Source: Lytechinus pictus
Lineage: Eukaryota
DNA length: 64,000 nt
Assembly (NCBI RefSeq): GCF_037042905.1
Contig: NC_087251.1
Coordinates: 45,758,001-45,822,000 of the forward strand
Reading direction: 5' to 3'
In this document: piece after piece, positions 26,601-37,993 of the stretch
Numbering within the stretch: the stretch's first letter is position 1
How the letters are laid out: each line of letters begins with the position of its first letter
Made by a program: the position numbers and the translations under genes
The notes under the pieces: generated by a model
What the model was told of the DNA's origin: nothing
Databases searched by the model: none
Seen by the model: only the letters and a program-made list of their open reading frames with translations

Positions 26601-29600
26601 TTGCAACTACATGTACATATTGATTTTTCAAATAAAAGCCATGACGGGATGATCAAAAAGGAACTTTGATCAGTAATTACATGTATGTTGAGTTTCTCTA
26701 TCATCAGATCATTAATAGAAACTAAATGAGAACATGGATTAAATGACAAGTGAGAAACTGGTATCACATTAATGAGGCATAAATAACCTAAGTAGAATGA
26801 GAGAAACTCATCTGACTCTCTTCACAGTCTTAAATATCTTGTCTTTTTCGATTAACAAAAACAACAGAAACATCATTTCAATAAAGTTGATTTAAGAGAA
26901 AGTCATGAATTTTCTTTTGACAGAGTATTGTTGACCCTACGTGTATGTACATCATGTTAAAATCAAATAAATTCAAACTCTACAAAATGGAATGAATGTC
27001 AGATTGTTTGACAATTGACGTATTGGAGGATGTGATATTAACTTGTCTAGATCCTGATTTGTCTGACACATATTCTGCAAAGAGTTCATCCTCAGATTCC
27101 TCACGTACAAGTATTATTTAAGACAAACAAAGGTGTGTGACGGTGTAGTTTGAAAATACGTAGAAGGTCATAATGTCATGATTAAAAGTTTATCAAATCA
27201 GTTATGTGTGCATGGCATGTGTACATTTTCAGCTTATCATGTCAAGAATGACATACACGTATGGACAGATTACATACTGATTTGATGCAATATACAATTT
27301 TTTTTAATTGCTTGAGAATTGGTTAGACATTTTAATGTAAGGCACAAATATTTGTTATGACTGGTGCTGTTTCATGACAATCTGTTGATCAGTCCAGGGC
27401 TCCGTAACACAAAGCATAACGATCGATCGTACGCTTGAGTTTTACCATTGATTGTACATTGTAGTCAATGCAAGTAATCGTGAAAATTTGTTCTACGATC
27501 ACTGCTAAGCTTTGTGTGACGGGCTCCAGATCTTGCAACTTGGGTGTTTGCATACATGTACATGTACAAAGCCCCATCCTATAAATTGATGCACTAACAC
27601 TGTAAATTTATAATTATATGAGCAATCTATATATATCTACAATTATTTACTTGTATGTTCATTGTTCAATATCAGAAACAATTTAATTATGAAAATAAAA
27701 GAGAGTACATTTATTCTTTATAAAGGGCAATTTAATTTAAATTATATGGCAAAATTCAGACAAAGTTGGGAAATTCAATGAATTTGGGCAGTGGAATACC
27801 TGGCAAACCTTGTGAGAAGGGGCAAACATTTTCTGACAAGTGACCCCCCCCAAAAAAAAAATCATCAAATTCTGCCAGGGGGCACTGTGCCACCCCCCCC
27901 CCCATTAAGTTACATGCAGCTATCTTGGGTGAATATCCCTGTTTGCATTTAAGGCAACCATGTGTTTCTTAACTGCATACATTTATGAATGCTTGTTTAT
28001 GATTATTTAAATGCGCAGATAAGCACATATCTAGTAAATAGTAAATAGTGCAGTGAACTATCCAAGATAGTAAACAGTGCAATGCACTTTTACCAAGATC
28101 ATGTGTACACTTTCAGTTTGCACATACTCCAGATTATATATAGAACATTCCTAGTAATTTATCAAAGCTGGTAACTTGATATCAGCAAAATACAGAATTG
28201 GAATTCAATCTTATATATTATTGGCAAATCTCAAATTTTATCACATGATATACTACCTTTCATTATTAAATCAGACTACTACATTAGTCACATGGGAACT
28301 ATGAATATAATAATCAGAATCACATTCAGACTGCCTTTTCTCTGAATTAACACCATCTAACAATGATTAAAAAATCATCTATTTCTGACCTTTTACTACC
28401 AAACCGGGACGGAGAAGGGTGACTAGCTAACTTGTGATGAGGATGTGCATTATAATAAAACTCTCATGTGTGGGATAGATGTGGTTGATTTCATTATTTG
28501 TCGAGTGATATAAATACACCATTGCAGTGGTTCTGGTTTGTAAGTTTCATTGATTGCGGTCTGTACTAAATGTATTGTCTTGTTAACTCTGTTTTCTACC
28601 TCTTTATTGATGCACAGTGAGTAGTCGTGAATAATGGGACGTATTGATTTTAATACATGACGTACCACAGCCCTATCTGTGAGTAAGACTGCGCTATTGT
28701 GTGCATACAACCCCCAGGTGATGCTGACATATTGTGTACAAAGTGCAGATCGAATGATAAGAATACGAGAACTTAAAACGTAAATCGATAGATACAGACT
28801 CAACAGTATTACTACTATCCCATGTAAACATATTGGACATCAAAATATACAATGTACATGTATGACAGTAGAGACCATTTTGTGGTATAAAGTTGCATTT
28901 AAAGATAAATGAAAGTAGTTGCAGTAAACACTGATTTCACGAGAAAGTCAGTAAAACCAAGGTTTAAGTATTACTATATCATTGTGGATCTAGATCTAGT
29001 ACATGTACAGTTACATAAACTGAACTTTGAGAAATCTTGAAATCTACGCCGAAACATGTTCACACTGAAGATCACCAACACAGATAAGTGTACTTGGGAC
29101 AGTGTATCATTATTGCTTTGAATGTCGGCCCGACGAATCCCGTGCTTATTTGCTAATTTCTCAGCAATTACACAATTTCTTCCAGAATCCTTTGGCAAAT
29201 ATTTTTATTTATACAAACAGACACTTTGGTGGTCATTTCATGGGATTCTGTACAAACTCATTTTGAAATCGTTACCACAACTGGCATTTATCTTTAAATA
29301 GAAAAGAGGATTGAAAACTATTTCTGGATATTCTTGTTTTGTTCAAACTTTCTCAGAATCATAGCGCGACTTGGTCTGACATTTGAAGCACAATTAAAAT
29401 TCAACCATTCTGCCCGTTTGTTCAGTGTTTACATTCAAAGTCTAGTGCATGAGATAAGATCTCTTAACTCACAATCATTACAGATAAATCAGGATTACCG
29501 AGTATACTTTATAAAGGACATGTATGACTCCACTATCACAAGTTTATGACAATGAATTACATGAAGTACATGTACCTCTCGATATTAATGCATCAAAATA

Positions 29601-32600
29601 TTCTCCAATTACTAAGAATAGATCCTCATATATTGCAATTATGTTTAATAAAAATATAAAAAAAACCCAAGCCATTTTGAATTTGCAGGAATCCCGGCAA
29701 ATTTAGTCAGTTTAGTCGCCATCACCGACATACAATGTACAGATATTAATTTTAACAAATGAACTGAGAAAGCATTCTATAAAAGTTAATACAGAGGATG
29801 TTGTTTTATCAGTGTATTATTATCTGGTTTGTTAAGTATTAAGGCGAGGATTAGAAATCATCAATAAACTTCGTGATTAATCATTTTTTATTGTGTACAT
29901 TGTAGGCGTGCAGTATAGCTATCCAGCCTACGCGATTGCCTTGAGCTCCTCGTGAACCACTCACTACCAGGCTACATTTAGAAAACTTGGAAGCACAATA
30001 TATTATTCATAGGTTGAATGCTTCGTCAATGAAGTGGAACACATCGGGACCCTGTAATTGCAGTCCCTTCCATCCATCATCAATTTCTGAACAGTAGATA
30101 TATTATAATCGGAGGCTATTTAGGGAAACGAGGTGACAGATAATCGGAAGTCGATGGAAAATTTCTGGATCATAATAATGATCGGTCCTACCTGTATTTT
30201 TTTCCTTGTAATACTTCCATTGAAATTTTAGAATGGTTTTATATTAGACTCCACAGGGCAGAGGAAGAGTGTGTTCAAAACTACATGTATATTGTAAATA
30301 ATATTTTTAATGAATTTAGATTTATGAAGCCTCTGTACAACTTATTGTATACATTTCATCATTTTTTTTTTCATTTTTTTTTATTTCACAGTATTTTTAT
30401 ATTGTCCATATTTAAAAAAAAATCAATCCCGCTCTTATCAATGAACTACAAGGACAGTCTGCGTGAGGCAAGAAGTTAGAGCTGTGTTTTCAGGAACTCA
30501 GATTTCTATCCTCGTAATTTGAATCGAGTGAGTACTGTGTATGATCAATCCATTCAATCATAAATCGCTAAGCTTTATGTTACAGGGCCTAGGCCGAGGT
30601 TAGTACTTACAGTGTAGTACCCATTTTTTTTCAAGATATCAAGTTTCATCACAAAATCACACCATCAGAGCTAAAGAGACACATGTGCAATCGACCCATA
30701 CCCCCTCCTGCATCCATGAAGGCATACTTGTATCTACATGTAAGTCAAGTATTGTAATATGATAATCCCTGCATAAATTGTACAGATAACTTGGTTTAAT
30801 AGAAGTTCTACACGAACTGTCAAATGGGCATGTATGTAGGTCACATATTGTAATATAATCCCTACAAAAAGACCTATGCTGTACTGCAATCGGCTTCCTA
30901 GAACATAGACTTTGACGTTAGTTGGGTGTTATGAAACCGTCTTCAGTGGTGTTGGCAGCCGTCCAAATGGTGGTGGAAAAAAAGCGTTACCAATGAATAA
31001 TAAACCTTCGGAGGTAATTACTGAGGGTATGAGGGCAATCAAAACCCACACTGGTGATGGGAGTGTGGTTCGTTGATCAATTAGTCATAATATCATCCGT
31101 ACAGAATACATTAATTCTGAGGAATAATCTATATATGCAATTTGCAGTGATGATGACTTCATCACTGTCATAAACAGAAAGGTCAGAAAAGTTAATCTAC
31201 ATATTTTTTTTATAGGGAGCATTACAGATATAGGCCTATTCATATACTAACCTACAGCACAGTGCATGTATAGATCTGATCAATATCTTAAATTTTCTAA
31301 TGACTGAAAATTTCAGTGCGTTCCATGCTTGAGAAGGGTTTTTTTTAATACAATGTACATGTACATTGTATGTAAATAAGACAAGCATTTTTCTTTTTTT
31401 TGACCGGACTCCTACAGATTTAATACATTTTTTAATGTAAAAGTAGTATTTTTTCCGATAAAACAAATTTCAGTTTAATATCGTTCACAGTCACACCATA
31501 ACTGTTTCGGGGGCATGTGCATGAATATAATGAATTATAAGGGTGACATGCACTTTTATGGGGGGGGGGGGGGCGGGGGCTACCCAAAGTAATGGTTTTA
31601 TTGAAATCATAGGAAACTGAATAGTCTCCATACACATGATCAGTACTTAATAAGGATTCATATCATTTCACTTTTGTAAAATAATGATCTTTGGCTCCCT
31701 TCATGACATGTCTGTAGCCCGTGTAGTTTAAATTTTAAAAGGCATGACATTTCTCTGACCTTTTATAATTAACCTTTAGGCCTACTGCCCACGTGTAAAA
31801 CCAAAACTAACACAGCGTAATAGTTTCCCCTAATAGTCACCATGACAAACAATAACAGAGGAAGGGAAATTCAATAACATTAAAGCACATGAGCCATACA
31901 CTGTACTTTTGACGTTGAACTAACTTTATAACAAATGCAGGAGGCCTATATTTCAGAAGTTTGATTTTAAATCTAAAAACAAAGGAAATAATGACAAATG
32001 AGTATGACAATAAAGAATTTCAGAAAATTTTGAGCAAAGTTGTGGAAGCATCACTTCAGACGATTTTAATAGCAAAAACAATTTTTGTTGCTTCTAATAG
32101 AAATTTGGTTTCAAATTTCCCCAAAGTACATGTACAAGGAAAATTATGAGTGTCAATATTGTACATTACATTTCACTCTATTTGGATATGCAAGCCTGGT
32201 TCTTTCTTTTTCAAAGAAGTGCTCACTTACTAGAAATCCTGCTGGGAGTAAAGTCAAAATGAAAATTAAGCCAGAATGTGATCTGCCCATGCGGTCTTCA
32301 ATGACCTTTGATAGTACACAGCATGTACACTTCCTATCATCCTTGTAAATTTACCTTGGTAGTTTACATTCAAGTTTACACTTCTGTTTCATATACCCAT
32401 CAAACTTTTAATAATGGATCTGCCCTCATCATCACACTATCTACCAAAAAACAAGTGAAAGGGACATTCAGATTTGTTATTGACAGTTCAAGTAGCCCCT
32501 GGTATACATGGGGAGGTGGGGGGGGGGGCTAGCTTGGGAGCACTTGACCCCACCCCCAAAAGCTCCATGACCAAGAAAAATAAAGAAAATGTAAAAAAAA

Positions 32601-35600
32601 GAGGTAAAATAATTTTCTCGACATTATGTCAAAATCTATTACAAAATTAGATTGTCATTTAAAATGCTTCAATTTCCCACAATATGCCTTTTCTTGATAA
32701 AAAGGGAAGGTTTTTAGGGCTGAAAACTCCCACTTTAATATAAAAAATTACTGTACATACGAGCTTCTTGTTCATATGACAAAATGGATGGCAAGTAACA
32801 TCTTTTAAAATACAATACAAACAGTACCTCGCATCAACCGGTCCGCATCTAGAAACATCTTCACATTATCTCAATCCCATATCATTTGAATGACCTTTTG
32901 GCCTCTCGCTATCGCTCTCGGAAACGATAAGGTCACTATTAGTGACACCACAACTTCCTCTCACCATCATTTGAAAGTCTCGCCACTGGACTCAAACCTG
33001 ATCTACCATCTCATCACATGACTCAAAGTACAAGCTGGGAATGATTCAATACACCGTAACATGCAGCTCTAATTAGAAATAGTGATTAAAATTAAATGAA
33101 TTTAATTGAATTTTATCATTTTTTAGACCTCTATGTTCCCCCAATCCTTTTTCAAATCCTTTTTAAATTAAACAAATCCCCATTTAAAGAACAGACATAT
33201 GACTAGTCTGCAATGCAAGCACAGACTCAAATTTGACACTTTTCAACTTTAATACACAATGTCTAGAGTAAAGACTATGCTCTACTATACTCTCTGTCTG
33301 TTGAGCCAGCCACAGTGTATTACTGAATCTAGTCTCACTACTTCAGACTCTGTATTATGCACTAAGCCTTCAGAGTTGCATAAGACTACCGGTATCGAAG
33401 ATGAAAGTCTAGATGAAAGTCTGAAAGTAAGACTGGTGTGATGTGATGAGTCTTCTTTTCTGCAATATCCTGCAGTGTCTTGTCTCTTGTGGTATTGCAG
33501 ATGGACGGGTTTTATTTTGATGACCAAGCATACATCACATCTGCCGCATCATAATGATATCAGACAGCGATGCTGTATCATGCTAATGTCACCGGTTAAT
33601 AGGAAGGCTTATACATGTATAGCATTCTGTATATTTTAGGTTATAGTCATTCCAATAAGATGCTGAATAGTAACTCATTTAAATTAAAACATGGTCTACA
33701 CTGATGATACAAACATGATGCAAATATTGACTATTGCACATAAAACATCAAGTAGACATTGGAAAATGGCAATCCGAATTCTCAACTGGTATACATGTAA
33801 TAATGAACAATACAGCAATGCAATGGAAATTTTCTTAATCAGTTAAAAATTTATGTTATCTTTATTAAGACAGGTTAAAGTAATTACCATTTTCTGATAG
33901 TCATATAATACACAAGAAATTGATGTATTTAACGTCATTATTCAAAATAACTTTTGAGGGAAATTTATTTTAAAAATTGCATAAAAAGAGCGCTAGTTAA
34001 GTGAATTCATTAGACGAAGGCAAAAAAAGGCACCATGATCATACATGTACAGTATGAGCAAACTAATTGTCTATTGATGGTAGATTTTAATAGAGATAAC
34101 TTTACTAAAACAAATACAGGACTTTCTTGGTTATGGGACATTCGCTCTTTCAAAGCCAACACAAAAATTGGGGGAAAATTAATTGTTATATGATCGATAC
34201 ATCACTTTTCCTGATGTACCGATTCATATAGATGCTAAATTTTCAAATATGGTGATCACTGATCCCCATTCATTTGTCAGACTACATGTACATTATCATT
34301 CATTGAGTAATTATTATTATTATTAATGTGTGTATGAATATGAGTTTGGGGTTATACTATTAAATTGCAATGTAAGGCTCTTAATAGAAACATGATGTCT
34401 TATTAAGCACTATTTCATATATGCAACTATTATTATTACCTTTTTCTCTTGCAAAGGAAGGAACTGCTTCAAAAATTGTCAAGCAGGTATTAAATAAATA
34501 TGAATTGGGAGATCAGGAATGAAATTCTAGCTTCATATTTACTCCTTTTTTGGTAATAAAAATTAAAAAAATAAACAAAGGATCTTACCAAGGAGAGGAG
34601 AAATAAGCCATAGTGAGAAGATTTCCGATGCTTCATTTGGTAAACTCAGACAACCCATCATATGGGAGAACAGAGTTCCTGCCGTCGCCGTTAGAACATT
34701 CTCGATAAAGATTTCATGAGCAGAGCCGTCTTTCTGGAAGATGCAGACATCCATTGCTGAAAAAAAAACATATACCGTATGCAGACACATGATAAAGAGA
34801 AATTTAAAAACAGATCATGGAGATTTTTGCAGAATATTTACAAAAAAAAAAAATAGAAGCAATATGGAACTTTCAATTAGGATAGTATTATCATTCTAAA
34901 TTGAATTATGATGAAGAAATTAATATTCCTAGATAAAACAATGAGAATGATTAGCTTTATTCATTCACTATCATTTCAAACAAAGATACTGATTATTCAA
35001 TTGAATATTCCAATAACAAAACAAAAAGAACAATTTTCAACTGAATTATTTGTGCTTCAGTTCAGAGTGCACATTGGTCAGCAAGTTCATAGCTCTGGCA
35101 CTAATTGAAAAAGGCAAGGGACTATTCTCTGCTGAAACAATATCATGATTTATAATATGTAACATAAAAATATATAATTAACAATAATGGCAAAGTCAAA
35201 GAGAAATAAGCATGTTTAAAATAAATATCATGATTAAAACTATATCTGCTGAAAACAACTGACTGACTGTTATGTCACAAATAAAAGGTTATCAAAGTGG
35301 AACCATCACTATAGGCCCTATAGTAGTACTATTCCATGAAAACAACCGATTGACTTTTACAGTAAACACAAATATCAGGTTATTGAAGTGGAACCACCCC
35401 CTGTAGGCCTATGCTATATAATACCACTATTCCACAAAACAAATTATATGCTCTCTTTGATTGTACTTTACCCAAACTGCATTGGTTATTAGATCAGAAG
35501 TTCCCGAGTTGGGCACTTAAATGTTTCCTAAGCCAATCATACTCATCAAGTTTCAAGTTTCATTTATTTCTCCTCAAGAGATCAAGATAAAAATACATAT

Positions 35601-36877
35601 AAAATAGGCAATGTAAATACAATGAACATCAAATTTAAAGAAAGTGAGGAAGGTAATGACCAAAAAGGAAGAAACCTTGTGTGAGGCCAACCCATATTAG
35701 ATCATAAATCTAACTAAATATAAAAAAAACAGAGTAGATTACATGTACTCCCTTTTCTCCCCTTCTTAAAGTGCCTCGAGCAACTTGATCAAATGTGGAA
35801 ATGGAGCTTTAAAAATATCATGTATTATTATTATCATTGTATTCATTATCATGTACAATTACTACAGCACAAGTACATTATGCATACAATGGAAACCTCA
35901 AGCACAGGGAGACCTGAGAAGACCGCAAACCTCTCGACTTTTTCTTTGGGCTCTTATTACCTACCCTGCTAAAACCAATTTACTTCTAAATGTATGAGCA
36001 CAGTACAACAGCATCTTTAATGCATGTATGAGGTCAAGCCCATGCAACTCCATGGTTAAACAATTCAAAGAATCGACCTTACTCATCGCTTGGTTTCATT
36101 TCGATGAAACCAAAACAAATTAAGACCTATTGAGAGTCCAAGTGTACGTGTACTTCTGCACTGTTTCATTTCCAATTGAAAAGTCACACAGCATACATTG
36201 TACCTAAATGTATGATCGTTTACAAGACAATTCTAACTGTAATCCATACTGCATCAGGGTTACCTTTTCATTCAAAGCAGATCGATGGAAATCTATAAGA
36301 ACTAAGTATGATATTACTTTTACTAATACCTTTTCGAAATCATAATCACTGATTACTTTTGATTGAATGACAGAACATCTTTACAGTTCATGAAATCCAA
36401 GAAAAAAAAATAATCGAAAAAAGCCTTTTAGTTTTTATATTTTAATCAACAAAGTAGTTCCATCAATAGTACTGTTTACTAGAGAGCCATGAGTAAGGTG
36501 AATAAATATACATGAGAATATTATTTACATGGTAATTATTGATTATGATACATCCAAACAGTCTTGAATAATATATTTTTTAAATCCACATGAAAAATAA
36601 CAACATCGAGAAGTTTGTTGGGGAAATACATTATAAAGAATAATGAGGAAGTCACATGCATTCTACATGTATTCTAATAAAATTGCAGGATTGACATCGA
36701 GAATGACATACCTTTGATTGATTTGTTAGAGATGGTGCTCGCCATCCTCTGGATGTGAGGTGCACTGTGGGTAGGTGACCCCGACGGTGACCCTGTAGGC
36801 GACCTTGACCCCTGAGAACCATTCTGGTTCTTTCTCCTCCCAACGACGACCCTCATTGGAACGTCTTCACTTGGCAT
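11629..36877 (-). CDS. FRMD8: FERM domain-containing protein 8-like (iTAP/Bili), spliced gene, 12 coding exons, 501 aa
   Basis: Exons 36877-36712, 34756-34589, 24908-24807, 23271-23213, 22669-22503, 21841-21638, 20941-20812, 20195-20040, 18907-18798, 15085-15023, 12671-12559 and 11696-11629 join via GT-AG introns in consistent phase (1506 nt including stop). Motifs SLWLISPLLELQLKPHH, RQWPDLL, DEPVISFQRNAFYP, EAKGNIL..YPC, CWKLPFYG, LLLGLKYDELSW, LWLEFD and LQIFSRQA resemble FRMD8 as recalled. Confidence 0.9.
12559..12671 (-). CDS. FRMD8: FRMD8-like coding exon 11 (AALDATAPIFGTLP...SKMDRLCLSTFSNT)
   Basis: tttatacag acceptor, G|gtacgt donor, open in the required phase. Confidence 0.8.
13255..13630. 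repeat. Degenerate minisatellite, about 5 units of 71-85 bp
   Basis: Recurring core gccta..gatctattgaaacctactaag..aggccagaaagtc starting near 13257, 13328, 13408, 13486 and 13571. Confidence 0.8.
14418..14534. mobile_element. Degenerate MITE
   Basis: ctgggag.. / ..atgaaatgctcccctg ends; internal gccaatcag..tttcagtagcttataac shared with other copies. Confidence 0.5.
15023..15085 (-). CDS. FRMD8: FRMD8-like coding exon 10, 63 nt, symmetric (SNENNSSTVSQDQPDGPMTSHR)
   Basis: actaacag acceptor, AG|gtatac donor, phase 2-2. Low-complexity peptide, skippable in frame. Confidence 0.6.
15333..15505. mobile_element. Near-perfect palindromic MITE
   Basis: gggggccgtttcataaagctgttcgtaagtt / aacttacgaacagctttatgaaacggccccc. 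Confidence 0.85.
15949..16119. mobile_element. PIF/Harbinger-like MITE
   Basis: gggcccatttgcataaaact / agttttatgcaatatggccc. Confidence 0.7.
16803..17375. mobile_element. Palindromic TTAA-flanked non-autonomous DNA transposon (Kolobok-like)
   Basis: TTAA|AGGGATGGTCCGGGCTGAAAATATTTAT ... ATAAATATTTTCAGCCCGGACCATCCCT|TTAA; inverted arms of about 190 bp. Confidence 0.88.
18798..18907 (-). CDS. FRMD8: FRMD8-like coding exon 9 (AVMMNAFIEACVDELNKR...)
   Basis: atacag acceptor, AG|gtaaat donor; terminal FERM helix. Confidence 0.88.
19318..19888. mobile_element. TTAA-flanked non-autonomous DNA transposon
   Basis: TTAA|AGGGATCGTTTAACTTTGT ... ACAAAGTGAAATGATCACT|TTAA imperfect TIRs. Confidence 0.7.
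20040..20195 (-). CDS. FRMD8: FRMD8-like coding exon 8 (ELLLGLKYDELSW...LQIFSRQ)
   Basis: tttcag acceptor, CAG|gtcaga donor, phase 0-0. Confidence 0.92.
20340..20795. repeat. Tandem array of about 2.7 MITE-derived units, period about 163 bp
   Basis: ggatcacaatgaccaagtttcata recurs near 20477 and 20640; gacaaattc..tggcc.at.actg occurs three times. Confidence 0.75.
20812..20941 (-). CDS. FRMD8: FRMD8-like coding exon 7 (SVFFRGQIER...VYVGINRDGVYVIDEQKQ)
   Basis: ttttacag acceptor, CAG|gtgtgt donor; PH-like FERM C-lobe strands. Confidence 0.9.
21121..21293 (-). mobile_element. SINE 3' part with (TTA)n tail
   Basis: Reverse complement matches the body of the SINE at 53211; same tail fragment at about 18337-18385. 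Confidence 0.7.
21638..21841 (-). CDS. FRMD8: FRMD8-like coding exon 6 (DNDLKKILPTCMF...CWKLPFYG)
   Basis: ctcag acceptor, gtaagt donor; LPFYG FERM motif. Confidence 0.92.
22503..22669 (-). CDS. FRMD8: FRMD8-like coding exon 5 (VMNAKIKSLLFVEAKGNILNGMYPC...)
   Basis: tccag acceptor, gtaagt donor; FERM central-lobe motif. Confidence 0.92.
22827..23086. mobile_element. MITE with CAGGGTTCCCA TIRs
   Basis: CAGGGTTCCCA / TGGGAACCCTG ends, internal ttccatgact repeats, ATATT on both flanks. Confidence 0.82.
23213..23271 (-). CDS. FRMD8: FRMD8-like coding exon 4 (DEPVISFQRNAFYPKDTEK)
   Basis: ttttctag acceptor, gtaagt donor, phase 1-0. Confidence 0.9.
23373..23600 (+). mobile_element. Degenerate tRNA-derived SINE
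   Basis: A-box-like tagtctagtgg, decayed B box, tail ttattatcgttatcat. Confidence 0.6.
24060..24422 (+). repeat. Purine-rich low-complexity tract
   Basis: About 360 bp of almost only G/A; generates spurious Arg/Glu/Lys ORFs. Confidence 0.85.
24807..24908 (-). CDS. FRMD8: FRMD8-like coding exon 3 (ELQLKPHHIPFRLCRQWPDLLDKYT...)
   Basis: cacag acceptor, G|gtaagc donor, phase 1-1. Confidence 0.92.
25186..25582 (+). mobile_element. L2-type LINE 3' end
   Basis: GSAPDY..RTLRSS..WGDRAFAHAGPALWNSLP..SFK followed by a 3'UTR and (TAT)n tail. Confidence 0.8.
27397..27528. mobile_element. Short MITE
   Basis: gggctccgtaacacaaagc / gctttgtgtgacgggctcc; related fragments near 16265-16388 and 30540-30590. 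Confidence 0.6.
28903..29293. mobile_element. TTAA-flanked non-autonomous DNA transposon
   Basis: TTAA|AGATAAATG ... CATTTATCT|TTAA. Confidence 0.7.
34589..34756 (-). CDS. FRMD8: FRMD8-like coding exon 2 (AMDVCIFQKDGSAHEIF...SLWLISPLL)
   Basis: ttttcag acceptor, G|gtaaga donor; ubiquitin-like FERM N-lobe sequence. Confidence 0.9.
36712..36877 (-). CDS. FRMD8: FRMD8-like coding exon 1 (MPSEDVPMRVVVGRRK...SNKSIK); exon starts at 36906 with 5'UTR
   Basis: Acceptor tttacag before 36906, ATG at 36877, donor AG|gtatgt; phase 1 fits the next exon. Low-complexity Ser/Pro-rich N-terminus. Confidence 0.7.
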
Positions 36878-37608
36878 GATGGACTTCAATCAATCAATCA
36901 ATCAATCTGTAAAGACATAAGTTGCTTTAGGTTAATGCACAGATCCATGAGCTATGGAGCAGGTATAACAGCTTTGCCCTGCTTGCGATGCAATAATATC
37001 CAACAGGGCTTAAATTAATCAAGGTCATCGAAGGCCGTGACCTTGGATGCTCGGCTGAATAGCCACGATGCCCCTCTATTCGGCCTTGGAGATTTAGTGC
37101 CCTTTTTATTTTTCCCATTTGTGCTGGAATATAGAAATGTGCCCTTTCGGAAAAGAGGCCTTGCCCTTAAAAATATTGAAATTCAAGTCCTTGTACATGT
37201 ATGTACATCATATCAGATGGACTGAGGATGAAGCATTCAGTAATCAATATTTTTATAATAATACATGAAGGCACTACTATTTTATAGGCAAGTGCTGACA
37301 GTGAATACAAAATGTATGGGTGCCAGCATGATATCCCATCCTCACACATATTCAATGGGTTATTTCGAGTCCGGCTTTAGCGTTGGTGTTGGTGTTAATA
37401 CTTGGAAGCACAAATTGGATTGCATTTCCTACATGTACATGTACATGTAGCTCCAAAACCTGTACTGAGTTTACAAGAATGATGCAGACCACAATAACGG
37501 CTCAACACCTAGTGAGTGACTTCTCAGGACCAATTTCATTTAATGTTTGGTGCTACATGTATGCTCATGTAAAAATTGACCTCACACCAACATCAAAAGG
37601 TCAACACT

Positions 37609-37993
37609 GGGGAGTGTTTCATCAACATTTTCATCCGACAAGTCGTCAGATCTGACATCTTTCTCTGATGTTGATTGGCTGAGAGGTACTGTTACTATGG
37701 TAACTGTCGGATAAAATGGGACTTGTCGGATAAAACGTCCGACAAGTCCTTTCATGAAACGCTCCCCAGAACTTGAAAACACCCACTGATTTCAAGTCTC
37801 GTGTTGAATGCTGGTGTTGGTGTTAGGATGAATCAAATCATATATTTGTAGATTACATTGTACTCAACCTGGGGAGTGTTTCGTCAACATTTTTGTCTGA
37901 TAACTTTCCTTGATTCCGATTGGCTGATAGGTACTGTTACTATGGAAACTGTCGGATAAAATGTCCGACAAGTCCTTTCATGAAACGCTCCCC
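37609..37993. mobile_element. Two adjacent copies of one MITE (37609-37768 and 37871-37993)
   Basis: Both start ggggagtgtttc.tcaacattt and end ccgacaagtcctttcatgaaacgctccccagaac. Confidence 0.82.

Noticed and set aside
28434..28520. C/D snoRNA (GTGATGA)
   Set aside because: Antisense to the host gene, with no matching D box or terminal stem found.
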